Of a stretch of DNA of 64,000 bases, positions 47,114 through 59,000 are shown piece by piece. Position 1 is the stretch's first letter, and every line of letters begins with the position of its first letter. The translations under genes were made by a program, and so were the position numbers. The DNA lies in contig CAZELK010000006.1 of the NCBI GenBank assembly GCA_964513145.1, forward strand, positions 10,081 to 74,080, written 5' to 3'. The notes under the pieces are model-generated. The model saw only the letters and a program-made list of their open reading frames with translations, did not search any database and had not been told where the DNA came from. Source of the DNA: Candidatus Woesearchaeota archaeon (GTDB lineage: Archaea > Nanobdellota > Nanobdellia > SCGC-AAA011-G17 > JACPIM01).

Positions 47114-47686
47114 TCAAATCAACTTTTTAACTTTAACTCTTATTTTTTCCGGATATCTTTTCAAATAAGTTTCTAATCTTTTAAAATTTATTTTCTTTTT
47201 TATTTCTCTTAATAATTGTTTATCAATTGACTGATTAAAAACCACCATGTCAATAAATGTTTTTTCAATATCTGAGTACGGAAAGTAAAAACTACCCTCT
47301 TTTAAAAGCTCAAAACCAAAAAAATACTTTTTATTAATATTTCTTATCAAAACATTTGTCCCCAAAAATTCTCTAATTCCCCTTCTAACTTTTTTTGTAG
47401 TTAAAATTACAGGTATTGTTTCCTGCTCCCATAAACCATAAAAACTTAAGGCGGTTTGCAATCCTAAATAAGCTGGTTTAAATGCAAAAACAGGAAGAGA
47501 ACTTTCGTCATATTTTGTATAAAATCCCTTACCAACTTTTTTTACTTTATTTTTCTTTAAAAGATTTGAAATTAATAATTTTGCATAGTTATTCTTTCCA
47601 ATTATTCTCTCAATAGATTTAAAGTCTACTACTGGACTTCTTTCAAATAATCTCTCTATTTTTTTTAAATGTATTTGTTTTCCCAT
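47114..47686 (-). CDS. AbiEi-like antitoxin / transcriptional regulator
   Basis: N-terminal wHTH (KVGKGFY); PAYLGLQTALSFYGLWEQ; YSDIEKTFIDM; coupled to an AbiEii-like gene. Confidence 0.78.
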   Translation of the reverse strand: MGKQIHLKKIERLFERSPVVDFKSIERIIGKNNYAKLLISNLLKKNKVKKVGKGFYTKYDESSLPVFAFKPAYLGLQTALSFYGLWEQETIPVILTTKKVRRGIREFLGTNVLIRNINKKYFFGFELLKEGSFYFPYSDIEKTFIDMVVFNQSIDKQLLREIKKKINFKRLETYLKRYPEKIRVKVKKLI

Positions 47687-48309
47687 TTCTTTTTTATATA
47701 ATCAAACATTTCGTCAGAAGAAGGAATAATTCCTTCAGTAATTATGGCTTTTAAATTACTTTCATCAATTGGTTTTTTATAATATTTAATTAGTTTTTCA
47801 ATATCTTTATTGTGAATTTTAGAATTTTTCAACAAGAAGAAAATATCCCATAAATCCCTGACTTTAAATCTTTTTAGATAAGTATTAATTTTTTCAATTA
47901 AAAAATCTTCAATTGTCAGACTATAAATCGAGATTAAAGTCCCATCAGACATTTCATAATCACAAATTACGCCTGAAATCTTTTGAAAGGTCGCTTCCAA
48001 TCTAACAGAAGTTCTATCAAATTCCAGTTCAGAATAAATGCTATTTTCTGATATCTTTTTCTTCTTAATTTGAAATCCTATCTTTTTTAAATTTTCAAAT
48101 AATAACTCAATTTTTGAATTATCGTTTGGAAAATAAAAATCCAAATCTTCAGAAAATCTTTTTCCCTGATAACATCTCCATATCCCTGTTCCCCCATAAA
48201 ACTGCTTTTTTTAAATAGAATAAACTTCCTGAACAATTAAATCCTGGGCATAAGCTATTTTTTTGTGAGTTTCCCTGTTCAATCTTATCTGCAAAGGTAA
48301 TTTTTCCAT
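47665..48309 (-). pseudogene. AbiEii-like nucleotidyltransferase toxin with premature stop
   Basis: ATG at 48309 gives MEKLPLQIRLNRETHKKIAYAQDLIVQEVYSI*; TAA at 48211-48213; same frame then reads GGTGIWRCY..RFSEDLDF...EKI...RDLWDI. Confidence 0.8.
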
Positions 48310-48395
48310 ATTATTAACAAAAGTTATATATCTATATATCTTTCTGTTAATATAATAAATAACTAAAAAACTTTCTATTTTATATTATTTATTGT

Positions 48396-48516
48396 ATATT
48401 TACTCATTATTAATGAATTATAGATACGATTAATATGGTAAACCTTCCTACTATTCACTATCCTAATGAAACTCCCACATAAATAGTGAATAATACCTCA
48501 TATTTTCTATTGAGAA
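48396..48516. repeat. About 120-bp intergenic dispersed repeat, copy 1
   Basis: ATATTTACTCATTATTAATGAATTATA...GATTAATATGG...TATTCACTATC...CATATTTTCTATT; similar to 51235-51356. Confidence 0.85.
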
Positions 48517-48610
48517 GTTTGCAAAATAGTTAATTTAGATTTGTCACTTATACAAAAAGCTTTCTAATATTAATAGTAAACTTTATAAGTAAGCTTTCTA
48601 TTTATATTAT

Positions 48611-49897
48611 ATGGATTTTAAAAGTATAATTAAAGAACAAAGAGAAGAACTCGAAAAAATAGAAAGAGAAGAAAAAATAATAGAAAGAACTAATTTAGAA
48701 GAGTCTAAAATAGCATTAAAATACCCAAATATACTTGCTATTTTAGGTATTAGAAGGTGCGGTAAGTCAATTTTTTCATATTTATTGGCAAAACCACATA
48801 AATTTGCATACATTAATTTTGATGACGAAAGGCTAGCTGGATTGAAAAGTGGGGACTTGAACAAGATTTTAGAATCTTTTTATGAAATTTATGGAGATAT
48901 AGAATTTATAATTTTAGATGAAATACAAAATATAGATAACTGGGAACTATTTGTCAATAGATTAAGAAGAACAAAAAAAATAATCTTAACAGGAAGCAAT
49001 TCTAAACTTTTATCAGGGGAATTATCAACTCATTTAACTGGAAGATACTTAAATAAATTATTGTTTCCATTTTCTTTTAAAGAACTATTAAAATTGAAAG
49101 ATTTTAAAGAAAATAATGTTTATACAACACAAGAAAAAGCAAAAATTATGGGACTTTTGCAAGAATATCTTGAACTGGGTGGATTCCCGGAAGCATATAA
49201 ATTTGGAAGAGGAATAATTTTAAGAATTTATGAAGATATATTAACAAAGGATATTTTATTAAGACACAATATAACCAAGAGAGAAGAAATAAAAAAATTA
49301 GCTAAATACTTAATAACAAATTCTTCTGGAGAAATAACTTATAGCAAATTAGCAAAAATATTTAATATTAAACATGTTTCAACAATATCTAACTGGATTT
49401 CGTTTCTCGAAAATGCTTTTTTGATTTTTAGATTGGAAAGATTTGACTTTAAGTTAAAACAGCAATTTATAGCTCCAAAGAAAGTATATTGTATTGATTC
49501 CGGACTTGTTAATTCAATAGGGTTTCAATTCTCAGAAAATAAGGGAGAAATTATTGAAAATGAAGCTGCATTAGAATTACAGAGAAGAAAAGCTATAGAT
49601 AAATCTCTTGAAGTTTATTATTGGAAAAACCATCAGCAGAATGAAGTAGATTTTGTTCTAAAAAGAGACAAAAAAATAGAAAGTTTAATTCAAGTCAGCT
49701 ATATAAACTCAAAAGAAGAAATAAAAGAAAGAGAAATTAATTCTTTAATAAAAGCAAGCAAAGAGCTAAAATGTAAAAATCTTGTTGTTATAACCTGGGA
49801 TTATGAATCAGAAGAAAAGTTTTATGGAGAAGAGATTAAATTTGTTCCATTATGGAATTGGCTGCTTGGATATAAAGAACATATTAAAATAAACTAA
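48611..49897 (+). CDS. AAA+ ATPase with DUF4143 C-terminus (COG1373-like)
   Basis: GIRRCGKS, YINFDDERL, LDEIQN, LTGSNS, PKKVYCIDSG, EVDFV nuclease-like tail. Confidence 0.92.
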   Translation: MDFKSIIKEQREELEKIEREEKIIERTNLEESKIALKYPNILAILGIRRCGKSIFSYLLAKPHKFAYINFDDERLAGLKSGDLNKILESFYEIYGDIEFIILDEIQNIDNWELFVNRLRRTKKIILTGSNSKLLSGELSTHLTGRYLNKLLFPFSFKELLKLKDFKENNVYTTQEKAKIMGLLQEYLELGGFPEAYKFGRGIILRIYEDILTKDILLRHNITKREEIKKLAKYLITNSSGEITYSKLAKIFNIKHVSTISNWISFLENAFLIFRLERFDFKLKQQFIAPKKVYCIDSGLVNSIGFQFSENKGEIIENEAALELQRRKAIDKSLEVYYWKNHQQNEVDFVLKRDKKIESLIQVSYINSKEEIKEREINSLIKASKELKCKNLVVITWDYESEEKFYGEEIKFVPLWNWLLGYKEHIKIN

Positions 49898-49968
49898 GTC
49901 ATCATTTATTGTTATCACTATTGATTTAAGACAATAATTTATATAGAGAAATTTATATAAAATTATAG

Positions 49969-50475
49969 ATGAGATTTTTAAATAAGAGGGGTATTTCTCC
50001 TTTAATTGCAACTGTATTATTAATTGGGTTTACTGTTGCCTTGGCTGCAGTAGTTATTACTTGGGGCAGCGGGTTTGTTAACAAGGTTACTTCAACTACA
50101 GAAGAAAGCACATTAAAAACAATTTCCTGCACTACTGATGTAAGTTTTGAAATTACAAAAGTAACATGTGATACTGAACCTGGAAATCCAGATCCAAGCA
50201 CAATAACTGTAGATAATCGCGGTAGTTTAGATATTGAAGGTCTAATTTTAAGATTTTATGATATTAATGGAGAGGTTTCTGGAGAAGCAACCAATACTGA
50301 ACCCATTGGTAAATTCGAAGTTAAAACTATTTTGTTATATCCTGACACAATTCCGCAAGAAAAAATACCAACTGAGACAACTAAAGTAGAGGCAATTGCA
50401 GTAGTCAAATATAATGATCAAAATTTAACTTGTGGTGGGAATGCAAGACAGAAATCATTTACTCCTTCCTGTTAA
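49969..50475 (+). CDS. Archaeal type IV pilin, paralog C
   Basis: KRG/ISPLIATVLLIGFTVALAAVVITWGSGF; ends TPSC. Confidence 0.92.
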   Translation: MRFLNKRGISPLIATVLLIGFTVALAAVVITWGSGFVNKVTSTTEESTLKTISCTTDVSFEITKVTCDTEPGNPDPSTITVDNRGSLDIEGLILRFYDINGEVSGEATNTEPIGKFEVKTILLYPDTIPQEKIPTETTKVEAIAVVKYNDQNLTCGGNARQKSFTPSC

Positions 50476-50482
50476 TTCTTAC

Positions 50483-51064
50483 ATGAAAAAAGGCCAGATA
50501 TGGACATCAGCAGTTTTGTATATAGTTATAGGAGTAATTACAATATCAATTATTTTAAGTGCTGGGGTACCTTTAGTAAATAAATTAAAAGATAAAAATA
50601 CAATAATCCAAACAAAAGAATTAATGCTGGACTTGGATAAAGTAATTAGGGAAGTTAGAAATGAGGGGCCTGGTTCGAAAAGGGTTATACAGCCTTTTGT
50701 TATAAAGGATGGAAATTTTTTTATTAATACAACAAATAATGAAAATAAAATACAATGGATATTGAAAACTAGTGCTGTATTTGTTGAACCTTGTGGAAAA
50801 ACAAAAGCAGACTGCTTAAGCAATAATTTAATTATTAAAGAGGGGCCTTTAAGTATTTATGACACTGATACTATTGTTGAAGATGAATATATTATTAATT
50901 TGGAATTAGACTATGCTGGCGTTGGTTTTTTGAAAATGAAAGAGGGTCTTGGCAAAGATGCGCCTTTGCTAGGGAGATTTTCTTTTATAATTGAAAATTC
51001 TGGTGCTGATATTACAAGAAGTCCACCAACGAACCTGCCTGATTTGGATATTACAGTAAATTGA
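50483..51064 (+). CDS. Class III signal-peptide (pilin-like) protein
   Basis: Start MKKG/QIWTSAVLYIVIGVITISIILSAG at 50483. Confidence 0.8.
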   Translation: MKKGQIWTSAVLYIVIGVITISIILSAGVPLVNKLKDKNTIIQTKELMLDLDKVIREVRNEGPGSKRVIQPFVIKDGNFFINTTNNENKIQWILKTSAVFVEPCGKTKADCLSNNLIIKEGPLSIYDTDTIVEDEYIINLELDYAGVGFLKMKEGLGKDAPLLGRFSFIIENSGADITRSPPTNLPDLDITVN

Positions 51065-51234
51065 ACGGTTTCTTCAAAAAAAAAGTAAGAACTTGATTTT
51101 TATATCCTAACTAAGCTTTTCATTTATTTTCTTGAGATTGAAAAGTATTATTTTTTGCAGATTTGAAAGTAATTTTTTATCTTCTCTTGCTCTTGCCCCT
51201 TTAGTATAATTCAGGTATTCGTCCAGCAATCTGC

Positions 51235-51356
51235 ATATTTACTCATTATTAATGAATTATATATGGGATTAATATGGCAGACCCCCCTATTATTCACTAT
51301 CATAATAATATTTCACCATAAATAATGAATAATACTTCATATTTTCTATTTGAGAA
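51235..51356. repeat. About 120-bp intergenic dispersed repeat, copy 2
   Basis: Direct-orientation copy of 48396-48516 with scattered mismatches. Confidence 0.85.
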
Positions 51357-51537
51357 ACACCTTAAATCTGTAGTCTGACTAAAATAAGAAAACCATAAAT
51401 TTTCTCTTACTATTAATGGTGAGGAAGGCAGGGGTTTTGCTGGACTGGGTTTTTCATGGTAATGTTACTATTTATTTGTTAATGCACTTCTTTATATAGA
51501 ATAAGTTGATAATTTATTTATAAAAGAGCTGTGTTAA

Positions 51538-52785
51538 ATGAAATTAGAAAATACATTAACTATTTTTTGTATTTCCCTTTTGGGTTTTTTATTGTTATTA
51601 GTTAATTTTTATACTGTTAAATATAATGAAGACATTACTGGACAAATTGTATTAAGTGATTTTGCCTTGTTTGGTGCTGCTGCTTCTGGTGATAAAAATG
51701 CATGCAATGCCATTGCAAGCACTTATGCAGGAAATTTGGATGTTTTACCAAAATCAGTTTTAGATGCATGCAGATTTCCAAAGACTCCTTCTTTTTCTAC
51801 ACAAGTTGATAATTTAAACTTGGAACAATTAGATACAAATCTGAAAAATGTAGACAATTCTATTGCACAATTAGATTTATTAGGATCTGCCATGAGCAAC
51901 AGTATACCTAGTCTAAAAGAAGAAAAAACTACTTTAGAAGGTGAATTTATTTCTCTTAAAACTGAGATCCCTAAGTTAGCAACTACTATTTCTGAATTTG
52001 ATACAAAACTTAGAAAAGTTAATTCAGATTTAAGCAAAGCAAAAAGTAAACCCTGCAAAATATTTCAAACCAGCTGCAAGACTTTAAAGAACCAAGAAGT
52101 TTCTAAATTTAAATCTGAAGCTGATTTATTAAATAAAGACAAATCTTCTGCAGTAAGGAATAGCAAAGGAAAAACAGTTTTATTAAATAATAAAAGAGCT
52201 AAATTAAGTGATTTATCTTCCCAAATACAATTAGCTGAACAAGTTAAAGCTAATATTGGAAATAAGAAAAATGAATTAAATAAGTTAAAGAATGACATTA
52301 CTAATAAAATAAGTGAATTGGAAAAAGAAATTTTAGATGAAACAATTCGTGTTGAAGATGAGGATGATATATCAAATGCAGAAGTATCCAAAACTAGTAA
52401 AGTCTGCCATTGCACTCTGCGAGAGATAACAGAGGTAGAATGCAAGAAGAAAGGAATTCCTATTCAAACTGGTCCTGAAACTATTACTCCTTGGGAAGAA
52501 GGTGTTGCAAGTGGCGGTACTTGGAAAGTTTATCTTGATCGGGGTTTTGGTATGTCTGCAACAAAGTGCACGCGTGATTTGATTTATCCAGATGGTGCCT
52601 GTAATTCTGATGCGGACTGCATAGAGGGCTGTGCCTTTAAAATGCAGGATCAAGGGTCGACGGCGAGACTTGATTGCTTGGATACAGTGGAAAGAATTTG
52701 TGCAAAGAGAGGAGGGACAACGAATAAACTTTACTGGCCTGTTCGAAAGGAAGGTATTTGTTTGGATGTAGTTAGCGCTCCTTGA
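51538..52785 (+). CDS. Membrane-anchored coiled-coil protein with Cys-rich C-terminal domain
   Basis: N-terminal TM, long heptad region (about residues 95-270), C-terminal region with about 9 Cys. Confidence 0.8.
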   Translation: MKLENTLTIFCISLLGFLLLLVNFYTVKYNEDITGQIVLSDFALFGAAASGDKNACNAIASTYAGNLDVLPKSVLDACRFPKTPSFSTQVDNLNLEQLDTNLKNVDNSIAQLDLLGSAMSNSIPSLKEEKTTLEGEFISLKTEIPKLATTISEFDTKLRKVNSDLSKAKSKPCKIFQTSCKTLKNQEVSKFKSEADLLNKDKSSAVRNSKGKTVLLNNKRAKLSDLSSQIQLAEQVKANIGNKKNELNKLKNDITNKISELEKEILDETIRVEDEDDISNAEVSKTSKVCHCTLREITEVECKKKGIPIQTGPETITPWEEGVASGGTWKVYLDRGFGMSATKCTRDLIYPDGACNSDADCIEGCAFKMQDQGSTARLDCLDTVERICAKRGGTTNKLYWPVRKEGICLDVVSAP

Positions 52786-53029
52786 AACATAGGTTTAGCA
52801 CCCAAACTTAATCTTTAACTGCTTTAGGTGCTAATAAATATCAATAAGAATTGCACTACCAATACCGAAGATTTTATTTTTCATTTAATTATTACTAAAT
52901 AAATAACATCCTTATTAATTAAGGGTGAAGTCAGATTATCTTGTAGAACTCTCGGGGACTTTCTATAACAACTTTTTTAATCCTGTTTCAAACATAGCTT
53001 TTAAATATTAGAAATGCAAATAATTATTT

Positions 53030-56000
53030 ATGTTAGGTCAAAATAAAGAGGTTATAGAGTTCAAGCCGATTTTTTACATAAATCCAAGACCAGAGATAGC
53101 TGAATTACCTGATGTAAAAGAAAAGCAAAAAATAGATGTGAGATATGTTTTATTAGAACCTTATGTAAATGCACATATTTTCTGGGACAAAGAAAACAAT
53201 GAACTTGTATATTATGTTGAAGAACCACAATTAGATGAAAAAGAATTAAATGTCCTGAATATTTTAGAAAATGGGATAAATGAATTAATAAACATCAGCT
53301 TTATTGCAATGAAAAATACTGATGTTGTAGTTGAATATTTAGAAAAAAACATAAGGGTTTTATTAAATGAATTGAAAATAAGCATTTCCAAAGAATCTTA
53401 TTTAAAATTAATGTATTATATTTACAGAGATTTTGTTGGACTAAATGAAATTGAGCCTTTGCTAAAGGATTATTATATTGAAGATATTGAATGCAATGGT
53501 GTTAATACTCCAATTTACATTGTCCATAGAAAATACAGGAATTTAAGAACAAATATTATTTTTAAAGATGCAAAAGAATTAACTAGTTTTGTAGAAAAAT
53601 TAGCACAAAAATGCGGGAAATATATATCTTATGCTTCCCCTTTATTAGACGCAAGTTTGCCAGATGGGTCGCGTATTCAAGCAACATTCACGCAAGATAT
53701 TTCTTCAAGAGGACCAAGTTTTTGCTTTGCTGACGGATATTTACAATTAAATAATGGCGAGGTTGTGAAAATAAATAAATTATTTGAAAAATGTAAAAAT
53801 GACTTTGGTTCAAGTTTTGATAAAGAAAATGAAATTGTTAATGTAACTAATGTTGGTGTTTGCGGAGTTGATGAAAATAATTTAAAACAAATTGATTCTA
53901 AACTAAAAACTATAATAAAATTGAAACCACCTGAAGAATTAGTAAATATTGGATTTGATGATGGTTCAGAAATAATCACAACTACAAACCACTTATTTCA
54001 TGTGGTGGATAATGATTTAAGCCTTTTAGAAGCACATAAATTAAAAACCGGGTTGTTTGTACCTATGCCTTCTAAAGTAGATGTAGAGGGTTGCATGCAA
54101 TCTATCAACATAGTCAATTTAATAAAGGAATTTTCTTATTTATATAAAGTCTGTCTAGTTTCAAACCAAGAAATTAAAAACATAGTTTCCAACAATATTG
54201 ATTTTTATAAAAATAAAAGCAGAGATTATAGAATACAAATGGCTCAGGACTATACAGTACATAATTCTTATTTCTATGAGATTCTTTCAAGAGGAAGCTC
54301 AATTTCTTTTGAAGTTCTTAATGAAATATGTGATCTTAATTCTCTGGATGAAATCAATTTAGTTGTTTATGGCGGTCCTGTTAAAAAAGAAAGAAAATCT
54401 ATAAATGTACCAAAAATTTTAGATGAGGAATTAGCTTATCTGGCTGGTGCTATAATTAGTGATGGTCATCTCAGTAAATATAGTATTGATATTGCTTGTT
54501 ATAATACTGGATTTACAAATGCGGTTACTACCAGACTAAAAAATAAATTTGGGAAATTTAATGTCTATTATAATGGTACCAGAGTTTATTTGTGCAATCT
54601 ATTTGTGCCTTTTTTCTTCAATAAAATATTTGGCATACCTTATGGAAGGAAAGCAAAAATTGTAAATATTCCGGAGATAATATTTAAATCAGATAATAAA
54701 ATAATTGCCGCTTTTTTAAAAGGTTTATTTGACGGTGATGGGACATGCAAATCTGGAATAAGCTATAAAACAAGCTCCAAAGAACTTGCAGAACAATTAA
54801 CTTATTTATTAGCCAGATTAGGGTTATATTCCAAAATTATACTTAAAAAGAATATGTATAGAGTTCTTATACCGTCAATTTATGAAAATATTTATTCTGA
54901 AAAAATTAATTTTTGTGATACTTTTAAAATTAAATGTTTGAGCGAGTTACTTTTGAAGAAAGGAAATAATGCCAAATCTTATATTAGACATGGCAGAGTC
55001 CCTGCAAAACCCATCCTGAACTTAATGAAAGATGTGGGTTTATCTAAAAATAAAGCAAGTAAATTATGTAAAGTGAGCTATAACAGATTAGTACATTATG
55101 ACTCCTTGTCAAAACCTTTTGTTAAACAAATAATTAGTTTAATAGAATTGGAAATAGAAAACAAGGGGATAAAAAACTGCAAATTAGACTACATAAAATG
55201 GTTAGTTGGATGTGAACAAGAATTTGTTAAAATTAAACATGTAAAAATCTTTGAAAATAAAAATAAAATACCAGTTTATGATATAGAATTAGAACCTTGT
55301 AAATTCTTTATAGCTGGAAACAAACCAATGAATATTTTTGATACAGTTAGAAAATTTACAAAAGACCCATGGACCCCAGTTAAATTAATGCAATTTAAAA
55401 CAGTTTCACCAGAAATTTTGGCTTATCTCTGGCTGTTAATAGAAAATGAAGCAAATATAATGATAATCGGCGGAACTGGTTCTGGAAAAACTTCTTTTCT
55501 GAACTCGATTGCTTTTTTTATTCCGCCAGCAGCAAGGGTTGTTTCAATTGAGGATAGTGTCACTGGAGACTCCGAGATTATATATAAAAATAAAGATAAA
55601 ATTGAAAAATTAACAATAGGTAAATTAACAAAATTAGTAAATAGTAAAAAAATTAATTTAGAAAACATTGAAATTTTGACAGTAGATGATGACTGGAAAG
55701 TCAGATTTGGAAAACCCAGCAAATTTATAAAACATTCAACAAATAAAGATATATTCAAAATTACAACTTCGACTGGCAGAATAATAGAGGTAACAAAAGA
55801 TCATTCTTTGTTTACACTAACCACTTCCGGATTAGTTGAAGTAAAACCAGAGAATTTAGAAGAAAATGTATCCTGTATTGCTGTTCCCAGAGTTCTGCCT
55901 ATAGAAGGAAAAGGTTTTTTTGATATTAATTTAATTAATCATTTAAATTATTTTAATGAAGATTTTTTAATTGGTAAACCAATTCAAAAAATTTTAAGCA

Positions 56001-59000
56001 AATACAAATACAATCATTTTAAAGTTAGCAAATCAACACATCAGTGGTGGAAAAAAAGGAATATAATCCCAATTAGATTCTTTAAAAAATTAAAATATAA
56101 ATTTTCTAATGATGAATTAAAGAAACTATTTATAAAAAGTAAGAATTCGACAAAAATCCCAGTTATTTTTGAATTTGATGATGACTTTATTAAATTAATT
56201 GGTTTATGGATTGGAGATGGATCTCACGATAATCATAATAGAAATAGAACTATTTTTTCCTGCAATGAACCTGATTGTGTAGATATTTATAAAAGAATTA
56301 GTGAAAAACTAAAGATAAATATTTCTCTTATGGATGACAATTGGTCATGGGGTTTTAACAGCACTATTTTTTATAAATTTACCAAATATATTTTAAATTT
56401 AGATGGCTATGCAAAGGACAAAAAAATTCCAGACTTTGTTTATAATTTTACAAATGAACAATTAAAGCATTTTATCTCAGGATATTTTAGTGCTGATGGC
56501 ACAGTTAAGAAAAATGAAGTTTCGTGTTGTTCTGAAAGCAGGGATATTATTAATAGTATTCAGACTTTATTATTAAGATTTGGCATCATATCAAGAGCCA
56601 GCAAAACTGTTAGAAAAGATAACTGCAAGGAGTTAAATATATCTTCTTATGAAAACATAAATAAATTTAAATGCATAAACTTCATACAGAAAAGACAAAA
56701 TGATAAGCTTTCGCTTATAGGTAATTCTATTCCAACACATGCAAATTCAGACATTATTCCATTAAATCCAAACTGGTTTGAAGAGCTATCAAATTATAAA
56801 CAATATTTTAAAGACTATCACAATGTAAACAATAGTTTTCCTGGGAGAACATTTATGACTAATTTTATTTCAGAACCAAGTTTAGATATCCCCAAAGAAT
56901 GCTTTAGTTTTTTGGGAAAAATTGTAAATTCTGATTTATTGTGGGATAAAGTTGTAAAAATTGAAAAATTACCAAAAAAATCCAGGTATGTTTATGATAT
57001 CTCTGTTCCTGGAACTGAGAAGTTTATTTCCCAAAATATTTTATTACATAACACCAGGGAGCTTGCGCTTCTACATGAAAACTGGCTGCCTGGTGTAACA
57101 AGAGAGGGTGTTGGAATAAGTAATTTGCTTGGCACTAAAGAGGGAGATATAACTTTGTTTGATTTATTAAGGGAAAGCTTTAGGCAGAGACCAGACTATG
57201 TTATTGTTGGAGAAATTAGGGGAAAAGAGGCTTATGTTTTATTTCAAGGAATGAGTTCACTTAGGGGAGATGAAGAAATTTTTATATTAAATAATAATAG
57301 ACCGTTAAGGATAAAAATCACGGAGTTAGAAAATTTTGATATAAAAAATCTAAAGGCAGTTTGCTATGACACAGAAAATAAAAAGGCAGAAATTCTACCA
57401 ATTCAGGCTTTTATAAAACACCCAAAAAGAAATACTTTATACAAAATTATTACAAAAAAAGGCAGAGAGATAACTGTTACTCCAGATCATTCTTTATTTA
57501 CATTAAAAGAAAACAAAATCGTTGATATAAAAACTAATGAATTAGTTATAGGGAGTAAATTAATAATTCCTTCAAATATTCCTTGTGGATATAATAACAT
57601 TGATAAAATTAATTTATTCGAATATTTACCAGATATTAGAGTTTATGCACCGGAATATATCAAAGAAGCTTCTAATAAATTGGGATATTATCAAGCTAGC
57701 GCTTTATGTGATTGCTGCAGCATTACAGACTATTATTCGAATTTTAAAAGAAGCAAGCCTAGTGCTATGAAATCTGAAAAATTTTTAAAATTAATGAGTG
57801 AAGCTAAAATAGACTTTGATATAAAAAAATTAGAATTTAGATATGACAGAAAAAGTAAATCTATTAATGGGTTTTTGGAAATTAATGATGACTTTTTAAA
57901 ATTGCTGGGATATTACCTTTCAGAAGGGTCATTAGATGATTGTGAGGGAAATAGCAGCATTGTTCTATATAATAAAAAAGAAGCTGTTTTAGAAGACATG
58001 AGAAATTGCATTTACAAATTAACCAATAATAAACCAAATGAAAGAATTACAGAAGGATATGGCACTTGTTTAGAATTATCGTTTAATCATAAAGTTTTAT
58101 TTGAATTTATAAAAAGAAACTGTATGAAGAGACAAGGAAAAAGAATACCTGATTTTATTTTCGGTCTAGATAAAAGAAAAATTGGAGTATTTTTATCTGC
58201 ATTATATTGCGGTGATGGAACTATAAAACAAAGTCACTTTGATTATTATACAACATCAAAGAACCTTGCAAATGATGTTACACAATTATTATTAGTTTAT
58301 GGAATTGTTGCCAAAATTGGAAAAAGAAACAGAGTTGGAAGAAAAACTACTGACTATGAAATTAAGTTTTATATGTCTTATAAAAAAGAAGAATTTTTGA
58401 AATATGTCAAACCTATTGGAAAAGAAATTGATTTGAAGGTATTTAATAAAAAAGACTATAATTTATTAGGCGAGCTATATTGTGATGAAATTAAATCCAT
58501 AGAAATTCTTGAGTTAGATAAACCAGAATATGTTTATGATGTTTCTGTGCCTAAAAATCAGAATTTTATTGCTGGTTTTGGAGGTATATTAGCACATAAT
58601 TCTGGCCATCCATCGTTCGGAACTATGCATGCTGAAGATGTTGAGACTATGGTAAGAAGATTAGAAACTCCGCCAATTGAATTGTCGCCTTCTTTAGTTG
58701 AAAGCCTTGATGCTGTATGTGTTATTACACAAGCAAAAGTTGATAATAAAGATGTCAGAAGAATCAGGGAAGTTGTTGAAATTATAAAAATTAATGAGGG
58801 CTCGAATGTTGACACAAATACTCCTTTTACATGGGATCCTAAAACAGACAATTTTTATTTCAAAGAGGAAAGCAAGGTTTTTGACAAAATAGTGCTGCAT
58901 AAAGGAATAAGCAAGGAAAAACTTTACAGGGAGTTTATTTTGAGGACTAAATTGTTAATGGCTTTATATGCCAGAAACATAACTGGTTTTAAGGAAGTTT

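Noticed and set aside
52790-52885. Minus-strand fragment MKNKIFGIGSAILIDIY resembling a PfkB kinase start
   Set aside because: Only 17 codons before a stop; similarity too weak to support
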